Source: Camelus dromedarius (taxonomy: Eukaryota). From it: a stretch of DNA of 64,000 bases. A model generated the notes under the pieces. The model ran no database searches. It was not told where the DNA came from and saw only the letters and a program-made list of their open reading frames with translations. Position numbers and translations under genes: made by a program. Shown piece after piece: positions 63,351 to 64,000 of the stretch; within the stretch, counting starts at the first letter, position 1, and each line of letters starts with the position of its first letter. The stretch covers positions 64,606,001 through 64,670,000 of the forward strand of contig NC_087437.1 of assembly GCF_036321535.1 (NCBI RefSeq). The letters run 5' to 3'.

Positions 63351-63426
63351 ACTCTTCTTTTGTATCTATAGTACCTTGTAGTGCTCATACTCTTCTTTTG
63401 TATCTATAGTACCTTGTAGTGCTCAT
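63351..63426. repeat. Perfect 38-bp tandem duplication
   Basis: actcttcttttgtatctatagtaccttgtagtgctcat x2. Confidence 0.95.
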
Positions 63427-64000
63427 GAAATCTGATTTGCTTGACAAGTTCTAATGAATATAAGATGTTAGGGTTACTAGCAAGGTATGACTGCTAAGAA
63501 GTTAATATGTGAGGGTGCTGGGAGAACTGGGATTATATAGGGGCAGTTATGAAATTCTGGTCAAGAAATTTATATTTAACCCCCCCAAAAGCACAATTTA
63601 CTGAATAGAAGACTTGACACAAATGAGAAAATACTGTTTAAATTCTTGCCACATGGTAGCATTTGTGAGCTTTGACTTAATCAAACATATAAATCTCCAA
63701 GATAAAACACTTAAAAATGCTTCTTTAGAAGTTAAAAACGGTATTTTATGAAGAAAGATTACTTACTTTCAACAGAAGTTCACTGAGATTAACTCCTGTC
63801 TAAAACACTGGTTTAGATAAGATGTAACATAAGTGTTCCAAAATAATCAAGAAAAACTAATCTGCTAATATATATATGAAACAATGCTTTTTTTTGATGA
63901 TAAATCTGCAAGTGATAAAAATCAAAGAGCTTGATATCTAAAAAGAGGCTACAGTCAAAGCCCTCTAAAGTATACGACAGACATAATTAACATCTTCAGG

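Overview
Mammalian genomic DNA, probably camelid (five copies of a tRNA-derived SINE resembling the camelid Vic-1 family). The window starts inside KPNA1 intron 1 and holds all 13 coding exons of KPNA1 (importin alpha-5, + strand, 17788-51780). They splice GT-AG into 1617 nt, or 538 aa. Downstream are a long 3' UTR region, a CpG-island promoter (~60100-60830) and the intronless WD40 retrogene WDR5B (61120-62112, +). The introns are rich in L1, L2, CR1, MIR, MLT/ERV LTR and DNA-transposon relics. The most unexpected structure is in KPNA1 intron 5: two decayed, oppositely oriented copies of a cerebellin-1 (CBLN1)-like terminal C1q exon, each with its upstream intron and 3' flank. Other notable items are a 48-nt stop-containing candidate cassette exon just before exon 5, a possible AG|GT ratchet splice site supplied by the sense CBLN relic, a TSD-flanked retrocopied 3' UTR fragment, and substitutions at the rim of the WDR5B peptide pocket. 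Repeat subfamily names and reference-protein comparisons come from recalled sequences, not from searches. Exon numbers assume a non-coding exon 1 upstream of the window.
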